This document shows positions 25,581 to 34,824 of a DNA stretch of 50,289 bases, piece after piece. Under the pieces are notes generated by a model. That model searched no databases. It saw nothing but the letters and a program-made list of their open reading frames with translations, and was not told the origin of the DNA. The position numbers and the translations under genes were made by a program. Source of the stretch: Lentisphaerota bacterium (GTDB lineage: Bacteria; Verrucomicrobiota; Kiritimatiellia; RFP12; JAAYNR01); NCBI GenBank assembly GCA_012520735.1, contig JAAYNR010000031.1, positions 1 through 50,289 on the forward strand, written 5' to 3'. The number at the start of each line of letters is the position of its first letter. Within the stretch, counting starts at the first letter, position 1.

Positions 25581-27524
25581 TTACTTGATACAACTAGGGG
25601 TTTTAACACGGATGTAATCGAGTGGCGGTACGTCTTTTGTAAACTCCGGCCATGAGTTATGGAGGTCGACCTCAAGTTCAGGGATCGATTCTATCTTGCC
25701 GGCCAGATATTGGCGCAAAAGGTACGACACTGTCGCCAGACGTGCCCGCACCCCACCATACCTGCACTCTATCACCTCCCAGCCAAATGGTTTGTATGTC
25801 TCCATCCACATGGCGCGGTGAAATTTCCACAAGCTATCGAACTCCTGTCGTAGTTGCGGTAGCACTTTGTCAACAATCTGACGTAACCCAATCATGTTAT
25901 TAGCACGGTACGCCACCTCAAGGTCACGCCGCAAATTGGCTTTTAAAGCCAACACTTGTGCCACTTGTGCTGGATAGCTTAAGCGACGCGCCAATCCCTC
26001 TGACGACTCCGCGCAGAAGAGATCTACTGCCAACCTTTTATAGTGGGTATGCAAGTCGGTTTTACGCAACATCGGGTCAAGTACCGGCAGCAATGGATCC
26101 TGCCACAGCAGACTCCGCCCCACGTTTGTTGAGGAGTGATCGTGATCTTTAACATATGGGATCAGGTCGATATCAGAGGCACGTACCCATGGATCAAATG
26201 CGACGCCGCAAACCGCAGCAAAATTACGTTTGGCTGCTGCCATAGGGTCGGTGGCACCAAAGGCCAGTTCACAAAAATACTGGATACCCGGCAAGGCGCT
26301 GAAGATATCTACCTCCATCCCCTGATCACCCCATAAAGTCATGATAACCTCTTGCAACCCCTGCCGACGACAAGCCGTGACACACGACTCAACTGCCTTA
26401 AAGCTACCAGGTAGTACAGTCCAGAGGTGCATCCAAGTCCAGATGCCGCCTGCCATAACCGGGTCAGACCCTAATTTGCGGTGAAAGTTGATAAATGTCT
26501 CGAAATGTTCGGCTGTGCGACAGCCGTAATCCCAATAGACCAACTGAACGTCTTTCGGTATTTCATCGATGATATGGTCAGGGATCGACCACTCATGGTC
26601 GTAGTAACTGTGACTCTTTGAGCCGAGCCTGAAGTACATATCGCTCCAGATCATGGGCCGCAACCCCTCTTCCCTGCAGATATCACGCACCCGTTTCAGA
26701 TGTGAGTTCATGATCTCAAACGGTGGCCGTTCTCCAAACTTTGTACGGTAATTACCGGTACCCAGCCCATGTGCTTCGTCCATCCCGATGTGTATCCGCT
26801 TTGAACGGAGCGATCCACTGGCAGCACGGATCATCTTGCGGATAAAATCGTAAGTCGGCTCACTATCGGCCAGCAAAACATTTGGCGTATCACGCAAATG
26901 GAAATAGGGATCCCACTGCAAAACCTGCTCCATGTGGCCCAACGTCTGAATACACGGTATCAACTCAATCCCCAGCGCGTCGGCATAGTCGTCCAGATGC
27001 CGCATCTCCTCCTGTGTATAACCACCGCGCAAATATCCAAACAGCGGCTCGCCGGGGATCTCGTAAGTATCCTCAGTGTAAAGCATCACCATATTCACAC
27101 CCATCAGGGCGATACGCCGCATGAAGTGGGCTGCTGCCTCCGGTCTGAGCACCCCGTTACGACTGCAATCTATCATCACCCCACGCATGGGAAAGGGCGA
27201 GGTCTCGTTTATATTGAGTTCCGCAAGCTCTTCCGCTTTAAATGCCAGTAGCGTGCCTACAGCGCGGAAAGCCGCTGCCCGGCTCCCATACCTCACCTCT
27301 ACCCCACTACTGCTACTCCGACAACTGTAGGTCCCTTCTCCCATAGTGGCATCGGCAGTAAAGTTCAGTTTTACCGCTTTGGCACTATTGGCAAACCGTT
27401 TTTTATGGTCAACCGCCACCGCGGCCAGCCCCGCCTGCAGCTCCTCCGGCACCACCCCTTGCGAAAATACACTCTTCATTGTTACCCCTTTATATCTCTC
27501 ATCGTGCAGCACGACATCACTCAT
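25581..27524 (-). CDS. GH20-family beta-N-acetylhexosaminidase-like glycoside hydrolase
   Basis: RGVMIDCSRNGV and RIHIGMDEAHG carry the GH20 catalytic Asp-Glu pair context. The start at 27524 has GGGGAG 4 nt upstream and overlaps the upstream gene by 8 nt. Confidence 0.8.
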   Translation of the reverse strand: MSDVVLHDERYKGVTMKSVFSQGVVPEELQAGLAAVAVDHKKRFANSAKAVKLNFTADATMGEGTYSCRSSSSGVEVRYGSRAAAFRAVGTLLAFKAEELAELNINETSPFPMRGVMIDCSRNGVLRPEAAAHFMRRIALMGVNMVMLYTEDTYEIPGEPLFGYLRGGYTQEEMRHLDDYADALGIELIPCIQTLGHMEQVLQWDPYFHLRDTPNVLLADSEPTYDFIRKMIRAASGSLRSKRIHIGMDEAHGLGTGNYRTKFGERPPFEIMNSHLKRVRDICREEGLRPMIWSDMYFRLGSKSHSYYDHEWSIPDHIIDEIPKDVQLVYWDYGCRTAEHFETFINFHRKLGSDPVMAGGIWTWMHLWTVLPGSFKAVESCVTACRRQGLQEVIMTLWGDQGMEVDIFSALPGIQYFCELAFGATDPMAAAKRNFAAVCGVAFDPWVRASDIDLIPYVKDHDHSSTNVGRSLLWQDPLLPVLDPMLRKTDLHTHYKRLAVDLFCAESSEGLARRLSYPAQVAQVLALKANLRRDLEVAYRANNMIGLRQIVDKVLPQLRQEFDSLWKFHRAMWMETYKPFGWEVIECRYGGVRARLATVSYLLRQYLAGKIESIPELEVDLHNSWPEFTKDVPPLDYIRVKTPSCIK

Positions 27525-28590
27525 AACTCCCCAGCTCTTTCGCCAGGTTTACGATATTCCGAAAATCATCAAGGCTAACACTTGAGGGGACGGAGTGGTC
27601 TGATGAGAAAATATATCCACCGCCCTTTTTCAGTTCCGGGATCACCGCCGCCATCTCCGCTCTGATCTGCTCCGGTTTGTCCCAGAGAACAGCATTGATA
27701 CCACCATGCAGTAACAGGTCTTTGCCGTAACGGTGTTTGATATGTAGCGGGTCCATGCCAGCCTTTACCTCAAGTGGGTTGAGTCCATCCATGCCGATCT
27801 CCACCAGTTCAGGGATAAAAGGTGTAATGTTGCCACAAGAGTGGAGCCTCGCTTTAATCCCTTTGGCATGTGCCCAAGCTACCGCCTGTTTATGAAACGG
27901 CTTCAGCAAATCCCGATAAGTCTGCAACGAGAAAAACTGATTGTTCTTATAGCCCATATCGTCAGGCCAACTGATACAGTGAAAACGGTACCCCGCCTCC
28001 CACATCTGATCGAGCAGGCTAAGCCCCACCTGAAGATAGTGACCAAACATATCGATACACCACTCAGGGTCTTCCACCAGTGCCATCAAAACCCGCTCAG
28101 TACCTACAGCCCACGAGTGGGTAACATCAAAACCAAACCACAGCCCACCCTCAATCCAATACCCCTCTCGCTGCCAGCGCGGATAGTTGTCGGCCAGGTA
28201 GCTCCAGTTTATGCGGTCTCGGGTAGGGGTCATTCTCTCTTTAGCCTGGCTCCAGCTCTCCCGGTCTTTAATGGTGAAGTCGAGAAACTCCGGCGTTGAG
28301 GCCATGTGCTTCCAGCTCTTTTGAGTTACCCCCCAGGACGAAGTATAGATGTGGTATTCGTCGGTCTCTTCAATTGTTTTGGCTTCATATCGGGGTGAAT
28401 TATCGGGCAGGTAATGAACCACCTTGTCGAGTCCGAAAAAATCACAGTAATCGATGTCACACGGCATCCCTTCACTCTGCCACCGTTCGATCGTAGCACT
28501 CCACGGCAGATCAATCACTGGTATACGATCTGCCTCCTGGTGTTGATACATACGGGTAAAGCGTTCAGCCGCTGTCATCACGGTTTTCAT
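27517..28590 (-). CDS. Uroporphyrinogen-decarboxylase (UroD/MtaA/CmuA) family protein
   Basis: The length (357 aa), the N-terminal ERF..M..QE.DRIPV block and an HSCG motif are typical of the family. SD GAGGTGG lies upstream. Confidence 0.8.
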   Translation of the reverse strand: MKTVMTAAERFTRMYQHQEADRIPVIDLPWSATIERWQSEGMPCDIDYCDFFGLDKVVHYLPDNSPRYEAKTIEETDEYHIYTSSWGVTQKSWKHMASTPEFLDFTIKDRESWSQAKERMTPTRDRINWSYLADNYPRWQREGYWIEGGLWFGFDVTHSWAVGTERVLMALVEDPEWCIDMFGHYLQVGLSLLDQMWEAGYRFHCISWPDDMGYKNNQFFSLQTYRDLLKPFHKQAVAWAHAKGIKARLHSCGNITPFIPELVEIGMDGLNPLEVKAGMDPLHIKHRYGKDLLLHGGINAVLWDKPEQIRAEMAAVIPELKKGGGYIFSSDHSVPSSVSLDDFRNIVNLAKELGSYE

Positions 28591-28605
28591 ATACCTGCCA
28601 CCTCA

Positions 28606-29673
28606 CTAATTATCGCGTTTTAATGTGTCGCACGTCTCAAAAAATGCACAGACATTTTCAGGTGGCACCTCCGGTTCAAGCACATGGGTGGGCGACAACA
28701 TCAGACCACCCTCAAGACCGCCCAGTGCCTCGGAGACCTCGCGCACTGTGCGCCGCATATCATCTGTCGACCCAAAGGGGAAGGTTGTCTGTGTGCCGAT
28801 GCAACCATCAAAGGCGAGGTTCTTTCCCATCCGTTTGCGTACAGCTAATATGTCGAGACACTCCGGTTGCACCGGATTGAGGATCGTGATACCAATCTCA
28901 ACCAGATCATCGAGAATATCCTCGATGTTACCATCTGAATGGTACCACACGTGGATATCTGGCTTAATGGCACGGGCAGCAGCAATCACTTTGGCCCAAC
29001 GGGGCTTCATCACCTCACGCCACAAATCGGGTTCAAACATCATGGCGCGCTGGTTGGCCACATCGTCGCCCGTCTGCAGGCAATCGAGCCCGCAACGAGC
29101 CGCCGCCTCAGCTACGGCAATGCTGTTTTCAGTAAAACGATCAAGAATATACTCAGCCCAGTCGCGCTGTGTCAGCAGATCAACCAGAAACTCCTCATAA
29201 CCGCGCACCTGCCAGGCACTCTCGTAGATGTGTCCGGCAAAGGTCCATACAAAATTACCTTCCGCATGTGACTTTTTTGTATAAGCCAACATATTGTCAT
29301 CCAGCCACCCTTTATTCGACGGATAAGGGAACTCTTCCAGCTCTTTGAAGCTGACAGCATTACGTAATGGACTGATCCGCTCTGCAAAGTGATAAAACCC
29401 ACACCCCAGTCGTCCGCACCCAATATAATCGATGCTGAAATCAGGGTTATCTTTATATTCAGGGTAGTACGACCAATAATCAGGCACCACATAATCTGCC
29501 GGTGGGCGCAGATTAGCATGGGCACCATCATCCATATCAAAGTGCTTTACCGGATCTTCACCCAGATGCTTGGTCATGGTCTCACGTAAGGCACTCACAT
29601 AGCTGGCGCGACGCGGCACCCGGTCAACAGATTCAAAATTGGCAAAGGCTAAAAACCGTTCATGCTTGGTCAT
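28606..29673 (-). CDS. Uroporphyrinogen-decarboxylase (UroD/MtaA/CmuA) family protein, paralogue
   Basis: It has the same architecture (HERFLAFANFESVDRVP). The corresponding motif is HSDG. The start is set at ATG 29673 with AGGAG 5 nt upstream; the ORF track starts at GTG 29691. Confidence 0.8.
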   Translation of the reverse strand: MTKHERFLAFANFESVDRVPRRASYVSALRETMTKHLGEDPVKHFDMDDGAHANLRPPADYVVPDYWSYYPEYKDNPDFSIDYIGCGRLGCGFYHFAERISPLRNAVSFKELEEFPYPSNKGWLDDNMLAYTKKSHAEGNFVWTFAGHIYESAWQVRGYEEFLVDLLTQRDWAEYILDRFTENSIAVAEAAARCGLDCLQTGDDVANQRAMMFEPDLWREVMKPRWAKVIAAARAIKPDIHVWYHSDGNIEDILDDLVEIGITILNPVQPECLDILAVRKRMGKNLAFDGCIGTQTTFPFGSTDDMRRTVREVSEALGGLEGGLMLSPTHVLEPEVPPENVCAFFETCDTLKRDN

Positions 29674-29820
29674 AGTGCTCCTGTTTAACACTTGTTGTTT
29701 ATAAAATCGTGACTATATCACTCTCTGTGCCGACCACTATACCACTTTTCGCCACCGTATGACACCTGCAAAATAGCACCCTGAAGCTGCGATTGTTGCC
29801 ACTTTGACTCTTAAACGGGC

Positions 29821-31491
29821 TCAACGTAGCGGACGGAAGCGGATACGTGTAGGACGATCTGCCTCATCACCCAGCAGCCGCCGCCGCTGCTCGTGATACT
29901 CCGAGTAAGCACCTTCAAACCAGGTCACCTTAGAGTCGCCTTCAAAGGCGATAATATGAGTAGCTACCCGATCAAGAAACCAGCGATCATGGCTGATTAC
30001 CATCGCACAACCGGCAAATGAGGTGATCGCCTCCTCCAGCGAACGCAATGTTGCGACATCGAGGTCGTTGGTAGGTTCGTCCAGCAGAAGTAAGTTACCA
30101 CCACCACGCAATAACTTAGCCAGATGTACCCGGTTGCGTTCGCCACCTGAGAGGTCACCCACATGTTTCTGCTGATCCCCCCCTTTAAAGTTAAACCGAC
30201 TACAATACGCCCTGCCGTTCATTTGCCGTCCACCCAGATCGATATACTCCGAACCTCCCGTAATTTCCTCGTAAATCGTATTGGACGGATCTAAAGCGTC
30301 ACGCATCTGATCCACATAAGAGGCTTTCACCGTTGGCCCAACTGTCAGTGTGCCACCACTCGGCTCCAGCTTACCGGTAATCAGATTAAAAAGCGTCGTC
30401 TTACCGGCACCATTGCCGCCGATCACCCCCACAATGCCACCACGCGGCAGATCAAACGTGACATTCTCAAAAATAACCTGGTTGCCAAAACACATCGACA
30501 ACCCCTCCGCTCTCACCACCAGATCTCCTAAGCGTGGCCCGGCAGGTATCTGGATCCGTAAATCATCTTCACGCGTTTCAACCTGCTTGTTTGCCAGCTC
30601 CTCATATCGTGTAATACGAGCCCGGCTCTTGGCGCGCCTCCCCGATGGGTTAGTCCGTACCCATTGCAACTCACTCTCCAGCAAGCGCCGCCGGCTCTCT
30701 GCCTGCTTCGATTCCCGTTGCAGAAGTAATTGTTTCTGCTCCAGCCAACTCTCATAATTCCCTTTAAAAGGGTAGGCTCGTCCACTATCCAGCTCGAGTA
30801 TCCACTCAGTAACATTGTTCAGAAAATAGCGGTCGTGTGTCACCACTATCAGTGTACCGGTAAATTTTTTCAGATAAGTCTCAATCCACGCCACCGACTC
30901 GGCGTCCAAGTGGTTTGTCGGCTCATCCAGCAGTAACACATCCGGATTAGAGATCAGCAGGCGACACAACGCCACGCGTCGCCGCTCGCCCCCTGATAGA
31001 TTATCAACCGGCGTCTCGGCAGTTGGCAAACGAAGAGCCTCCATCGCCATCTCCAGATGGTGATCAAGACTCCACAGGTCACGCGCATCAATCGTTTCCT
31101 GCAGCCGCCCCAGCTCATCATTCAGCCGCTCCTGCTCCTCATCGCTGAGAGCATCACCCAGCATATCGCAAATAGCATCATAGCGGTCCAAAATTGCCTG
31201 CGACTCCTCCACCCCCTCAGCCACACACTCCATCACTGTTTTCCCGACACCGAGTTGCGGCTCCTGCTCCAGCCACCCCACTCTGACACCACGGGCGACC
31301 TGACACTCCCCCATAAACTCATTGTCAGCCCCCGCCATAATACGCAACAGTGTCGATTTACCAGACCCATTGCCACCAATCACACCAATACGGGCACCGA
31401 AAAAAAACGACAGGTTTACATTCTCCAGAATCACCTTCCGCTCATGCTGTTTGGACAAATTAACCAAACTGAAAACATACTCACCGGCCAT
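29821..31491 (-). CDS. ettA: ABC-F translational throttle ATPase EttA
   Basis: It is 556 aa with two ABC cassettes and no TM domain. The N-terminus parallels E. coli EttA (..ILENVNLSFFFGARIGVIGGNGSGKSTLLRIMAG). SD AAGGAG is present. Confidence 0.9.
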   Translation of the reverse strand: MAGEYVFSLVNLSKQHERKVILENVNLSFFFGARIGVIGGNGSGKSTLLRIMAGADNEFMGECQVARGVRVGWLEQEPQLGVGKTVMECVAEGVEESQAILDRYDAICDMLGDALSDEEQERLNDELGRLQETIDARDLWSLDHHLEMAMEALRLPTAETPVDNLSGGERRRVALCRLLISNPDVLLLDEPTNHLDAESVAWIETYLKKFTGTLIVVTHDRYFLNNVTEWILELDSGRAYPFKGNYESWLEQKQLLLQRESKQAESRRRLLESELQWVRTNPSGRRAKSRARITRYEELANKQVETREDDLRIQIPAGPRLGDLVVRAEGLSMCFGNQVIFENVTFDLPRGGIVGVIGGNGAGKTTLFNLITGKLEPSGGTLTVGPTVKASYVDQMRDALDPSNTIYEEITGGSEYIDLGGRQMNGRAYCSRFNFKGGDQQKHVGDLSGGERNRVHLAKLLRGGGNLLLLDEPTNDLDVATLRSLEEAITSFAGCAMVISHDRWFLDRVATHIIAFEGDSKVTWFEGAYSEYHEQRRRLLGDEADRPTRIRFRPLR

Positions 31492-31557
31492 CTAAACTCC
31501 TTTCATTAAAACCACATCATATCCAAACCACCGTACTATGGCAACAATCAGTTCACT

Positions 31558-31591
31558 CTCGTAAGATTTGTCGTAAGCTTTGTAGTGAGCG
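31558..31591 (-). repeat. Degenerate inverted copy of the 12-nt repeat array
   Basis: TTTGTCGTAAGCTTTGTAGTGAGC matches the reverse complement of the 31858-31889 array at 22 of 24 positions. Confidence 0.6.
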
Positions 31592-31670
31592 TCATCACCC
31601 ATTGTAGGAGAGGCATTTCTGCCTCTCCCCAGCGGCGTTCACGCCGCGACACTCAAACGAATGCAAAAAA

Positions 31671-31811
31671 GTGAAGAGTAAAGGTGGAAGAGTGAAATAC
31701 TCTTAAACGCAATCCACCTTGTTTCTTTCCCTGCCCTGAAAGGGCTATACATACCAGCCCGGGGCAACGCCCCGGGAATACGCAATAAATCATCTAAAGC
31801 CCTGTAAGGGC
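31671..31811 (+). repeat. Conserved intergenic two-hairpin element, copy B, plus a truncated second unit
   Basis: Hairpins are GCCCT-GAA-AGGGC (31733-31745), CCCGGGGC-AAC-GCCCCGGG (31758-31776) and GCCCT-GTA-AGGGC (31799-31811). Two further perfect hairpins lie upstream at 31607-31628 and 31632-31647. Confidence 0.7.
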
Positions 31812-31857
31812 GTGACATAGCCCAGTTTCAGACACGCAGATAGCCATTCACCAGCCC

Positions 31858-31889
31858 CGACAAAGCTCACGACAAAGCTCACGACAAAG
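31858..31889 (+). repeat. Tandem 12-nt repeat CTCACGACAAAG, 2.7 copies
   Basis: CGACAAAG CTCACGACAAAG CTCACGACAAAG, read directly from the sequence. Confidence 0.85.
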
Positions 31890-31962
31890 TTTGTGTTTGC
31901 CATTATACCTCGTTACGGTGCGGTGGTTTCGGAGAAACACGCCCTACCGCCATTTCTACTAC

Positions 31963-32301
31963 TTACATCCGAGGATTGGATTTTGTAACAGTTTTGCTGT
32001 ATTCACGGCGCAGACAGTTGAGGATGGTTACGGGACTGGCACTGGAGATGTGGTAGTATACCTGCCGGCCGGCTCGACGTGCCGCAATAATCCCCGCAGC
32101 ACGCATTTTGCCCAGATGTTGCGAGACAGCCCCTTGCTGCCCCGCAATAGCTTCAACTATGTCGGTCACACTCTGTTCCCCGCAAAGTTCAAGCTGTTGA
32201 ATGATCTGTAAGCGCTGTCCATGTCCTAACACCCGTATGGCTTCAGCCATCTGCTCCAGATACATTTGCGGTAAAACTTCGGATTTATCAGCTTTTTTCA
32301 T
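31963..32301 (-). CDS. ArsR/SmtB-family transcriptional regulator (two Cys: C40, C96)
   Basis: It is 112 aa. A winged-HTH core is visible (LGHGQRLQIIQQLELCGEQSVTDIVEAIAGQQGAVSQHLGKMRAAGII). SD AAGAGG is present, and the gene starts 8 nt after the upstream stop. Confidence 0.85.
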   Translation of the reverse strand: MKKADKSEVLPQMYLEQMAEAIRVLGHGQRLQIIQQLELCGEQSVTDIVEAIAGQQGAVSQHLGKMRAAGIIAARRAGRQVYYHISSASPVTILNCLRREYSKTVTKSNPRM

Positions 32302-32309
32302 TATACCTC

Positions 32310-34721
32310 TTATATAAAAAGTGTGTTGTTGCTGGTACGGGCCAATTCAGCAAAACGGGCTACACCGGCTACTTCGTCGACATCAATCAACTCTTCGCGT
32401 GTAATTCCCATCACATCCATGGCCATGTCACAGGCGATAAAGCGAACCCCCAGTGCTCGTGCCTGTTTGAGCAGTTCCGGTAATGAAAGAACACCTTTCT
32501 TAGCCATCACCTGTTTCATCATGGCTGTACCCATGCCGCTCATGTGCATTTTTGAGAGAACCAGTTTGTTGGCACCTTTAGGTAGCATCATGCCGAACAT
32601 TCGTGAAATAAGATTTTTTCTCACTCTTGGAGCCGGCTTTTTACGCAGTGCTGTCAACCCCCAGAAGGTGAAGAACATCCCAACTTTGGCACCGGATGAA
32701 GCGAGGCCGCAAGCGAGTATCAAAGCCGCCAGAGTTTTATCGAGGTCGTTGCTGAAAACCACAATGGCAGCTTCGTGTGCGGTGTTTGCGCAGGAGAGAC
32801 CGGTCGTCGCGCCAGTCGCTGAATTTTTACGGATTATCGCCTCCAGTTTGTCGCTATCTCGTTTGAGGGAGAGTTGTTCGTTGCCGCTTGAGGCGAGCCA
32901 GCTTGCCAGGTCTGGCGCAAATGATGGTGCTGCCAGAAGCTTGAAGGTGTCGCCTGCTGCCATGGCATCAACGTGCTGTTTAATTGTAACTACCGGGCCG
33001 GGACAGGCTAAGGTGCGCACATCTACTACGCTTTGTGGTTCTGCTACTACTTTTGGCATAGTGGAATCGCTTGCCTTGGGCGTACTATCTGTCAGGGGGT
33101 CGGGGTGATAGTGTTTCCAGGTGACTACCCCACCTGATAGATTGGAGACATTAAAACCAAGCTGGCGTAGTGCCCTTTCCACAATATAGCCACGAAGTCC
33201 TACCTGACAGAACACCACGATATGTTTGGTTTTGTCGATCTCGTTGAGACGTTTGCGGAATGTACTCATCGGTATCACCACAGCACCGGGGATCTCCCCT
33301 AAAGCCAATTCCGCCTCTTCTCTAATGTCTAGCAGTAAGGCATCTGACGGTATGGCATCGGCGTGAACAATTTTTGTGTCGCCGTTAAGGACATTACATG
33401 CGGTCATGCCGGCAAAATTAACAGGGTCTTTGGCAGAGTTGAAGGGTGGTGCATATGCCAGTTCCAGCTCGGCCAGATCTTCCACCTTGAGTCCGCTCTG
33501 CATCGCCACTGAGATGGTACCGATAGTTTTATCAACACCCTTGCCCCCCACAGCCTGGGCACCAAGGATTTTACCATTGCGATCAAACAGCAATTTCAGG
33601 CTAATCTGTGCCCAACCGGGGTAGTACTTGGCATTTGACAAGGGGTGAATATAGACCTTCTCATATTCGTGGCCAAGTTGTTTCAGCCGACGCTCTGTCA
33701 GGCCGACACTCGCAGCACCCATATTACCTATTTTCAGGATAGAAGCACCGTAGCTGCCGCAGTATTTAGCATTACGACCTACAATGTTATCGGCTACTAT
33801 ACGAGCCTGACGGTTTGCCGGGCCGGCCAGTGGTATAGCAGTTTTCCCACACAGTACCGGTTCATCAACTTCAATCACATCACCGGCAGCGTATATGTCA
33901 GGGTCTGATGTCTGCAATCCTCCATCAACCACAATATGCCCTCGTGGGCCAAGTTGCAAACCTGCTGCCGCTGCAATCTCACTGTTCGGTTTGACGCCGA
34001 TCGACATCACTACTAAATCGGCTGCTAGTTGCTCGCCATTGTCGAGTGTCACCTTGAGAGATTCAGGCTGTGGATCCAATGAAACCACTTTACGCCCCAG
34101 CCGTTGACTAATACCTACACTGTTGAGCTCGACTGAGAGTGGCGTGGTCATCTCTTTGTCTAGTGTCGGTAAAACCTGATCAAACAGCTCAACTATTGTC
34201 ACTTCAAGGCCACGTTCACGTAAATTTTCGGCTGTTTCAAGGCCGATGAAACCTGCCCCTACTACTACCGCGCGTTTAGCACCTGCCTCGATACGGCGCA
34301 CAATCTCATCCATATCAGGGACTGTCCACAAACGGAGCACTCGCGGATCATCAATGCCAGGCAATGAGATAGTCACTGGTGACGACCCAGTCGCGATCAC
34401 CAATTTTTCATAAGTTTCAGTGTAAGTGGTGCCATCCCGACGCTTAATTATTACGTTATGATTCTCCCTGTCAATAGCTGTCACTTCACTGCCGGTACGT
34501 ACATCGACATTAAACCAGGCGGTGAATTTTTCGGGAGTCATCACCATCAGTGAGTCGCGTTGGGCAATTGAACCACCGATATGATACGGCAGACCGCAAT
34601 TGGCATAAGAGATATAATCACCGCGCTCCAGCAGTATGATCTCGGCCTGTTCATCGAGCCGCCGTAACCGTGCCGCTGCTCCTGCACCAGCCGCCACTCC
34701 ACCAATAATAACTGTTTTCAT
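32310..34721 (-). CDS. CoA-disulfide reductase fused to rhodanese, TusA-like and DsrE-like domains (persulfide/polysulfide reductase-like)
   Basis: It has the FAD motif IIGGVAAGAGAA and the CoADR active site SYANCGLPY. The rhodanese loop is FCQVGLRG, the TusA motif LACPGP, and the C-terminus is DsrE-like (VVFSNDLDKTLAALILA). Confidence 0.85.
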   Translation of the reverse strand: MKTVIIGGVAAGAGAAARLRRLDEQAEIILLERGDYISYANCGLPYHIGGSIAQRDSLMVMTPEKFTAWFNVDVRTGSEVTAIDRENHNVIIKRRDGTTYTETYEKLVIATGSSPVTISLPGIDDPRVLRLWTVPDMDEIVRRIEAGAKRAVVVGAGFIGLETAENLRERGLEVTIVELFDQVLPTLDKEMTTPLSVELNSVGISQRLGRKVVSLDPQPESLKVTLDNGEQLAADLVVMSIGVKPNSEIAAAAGLQLGPRGHIVVDGGLQTSDPDIYAAGDVIEVDEPVLCGKTAIPLAGPANRQARIVADNIVGRNAKYCGSYGASILKIGNMGAASVGLTERRLKQLGHEYEKVYIHPLSNAKYYPGWAQISLKLLFDRNGKILGAQAVGGKGVDKTIGTISVAMQSGLKVEDLAELELAYAPPFNSAKDPVNFAGMTACNVLNGDTKIVHADAIPSDALLLDIREEAELALGEIPGAVVIPMSTFRKRLNEIDKTKHIVVFCQVGLRGYIVERALRQLGFNVSNLSGGVVTWKHYHPDPLTDSTPKASDSTMPKVVAEPQSVVDVRTLACPGPVVTIKQHVDAMAAGDTFKLLAAPSFAPDLASWLASSGNEQLSLKRDSDKLEAIIRKNSATGATTGLSCANTAHEAAIVVFSNDLDKTLAALILACGLASSGAKVGMFFTFWGLTALRKKPAPRVRKNLISRMFGMMLPKGANKLVLSKMHMSGMGTAMMKQVMAKKGVLSLPELLKQARALGVRFIACDMAMDVMGITREELIDVDEVAGVARFAELARTSNNTLFI

Positions 34722-34782
34722 TGTGCTCTCCCGTTTCGTTTCTAAAGTGTTTTAATGGTAATTCTTGCAATGGCGGGAAAGT

Positions 34783-34798
34783 ATATATCATGATATAT
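34783..34798. promoter_or_regulatory. Perfect 16-bp palindrome ATATATCATGATATAT
   Basis: Read directly from the sequence. It lies 62-77 nt upstream of the reductase start in a divergent intergenic region. Confidence 0.4.
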
Positions 34799-34824
34799 TG
34801 ATATGTCTATAGGAAAAATAAAAT

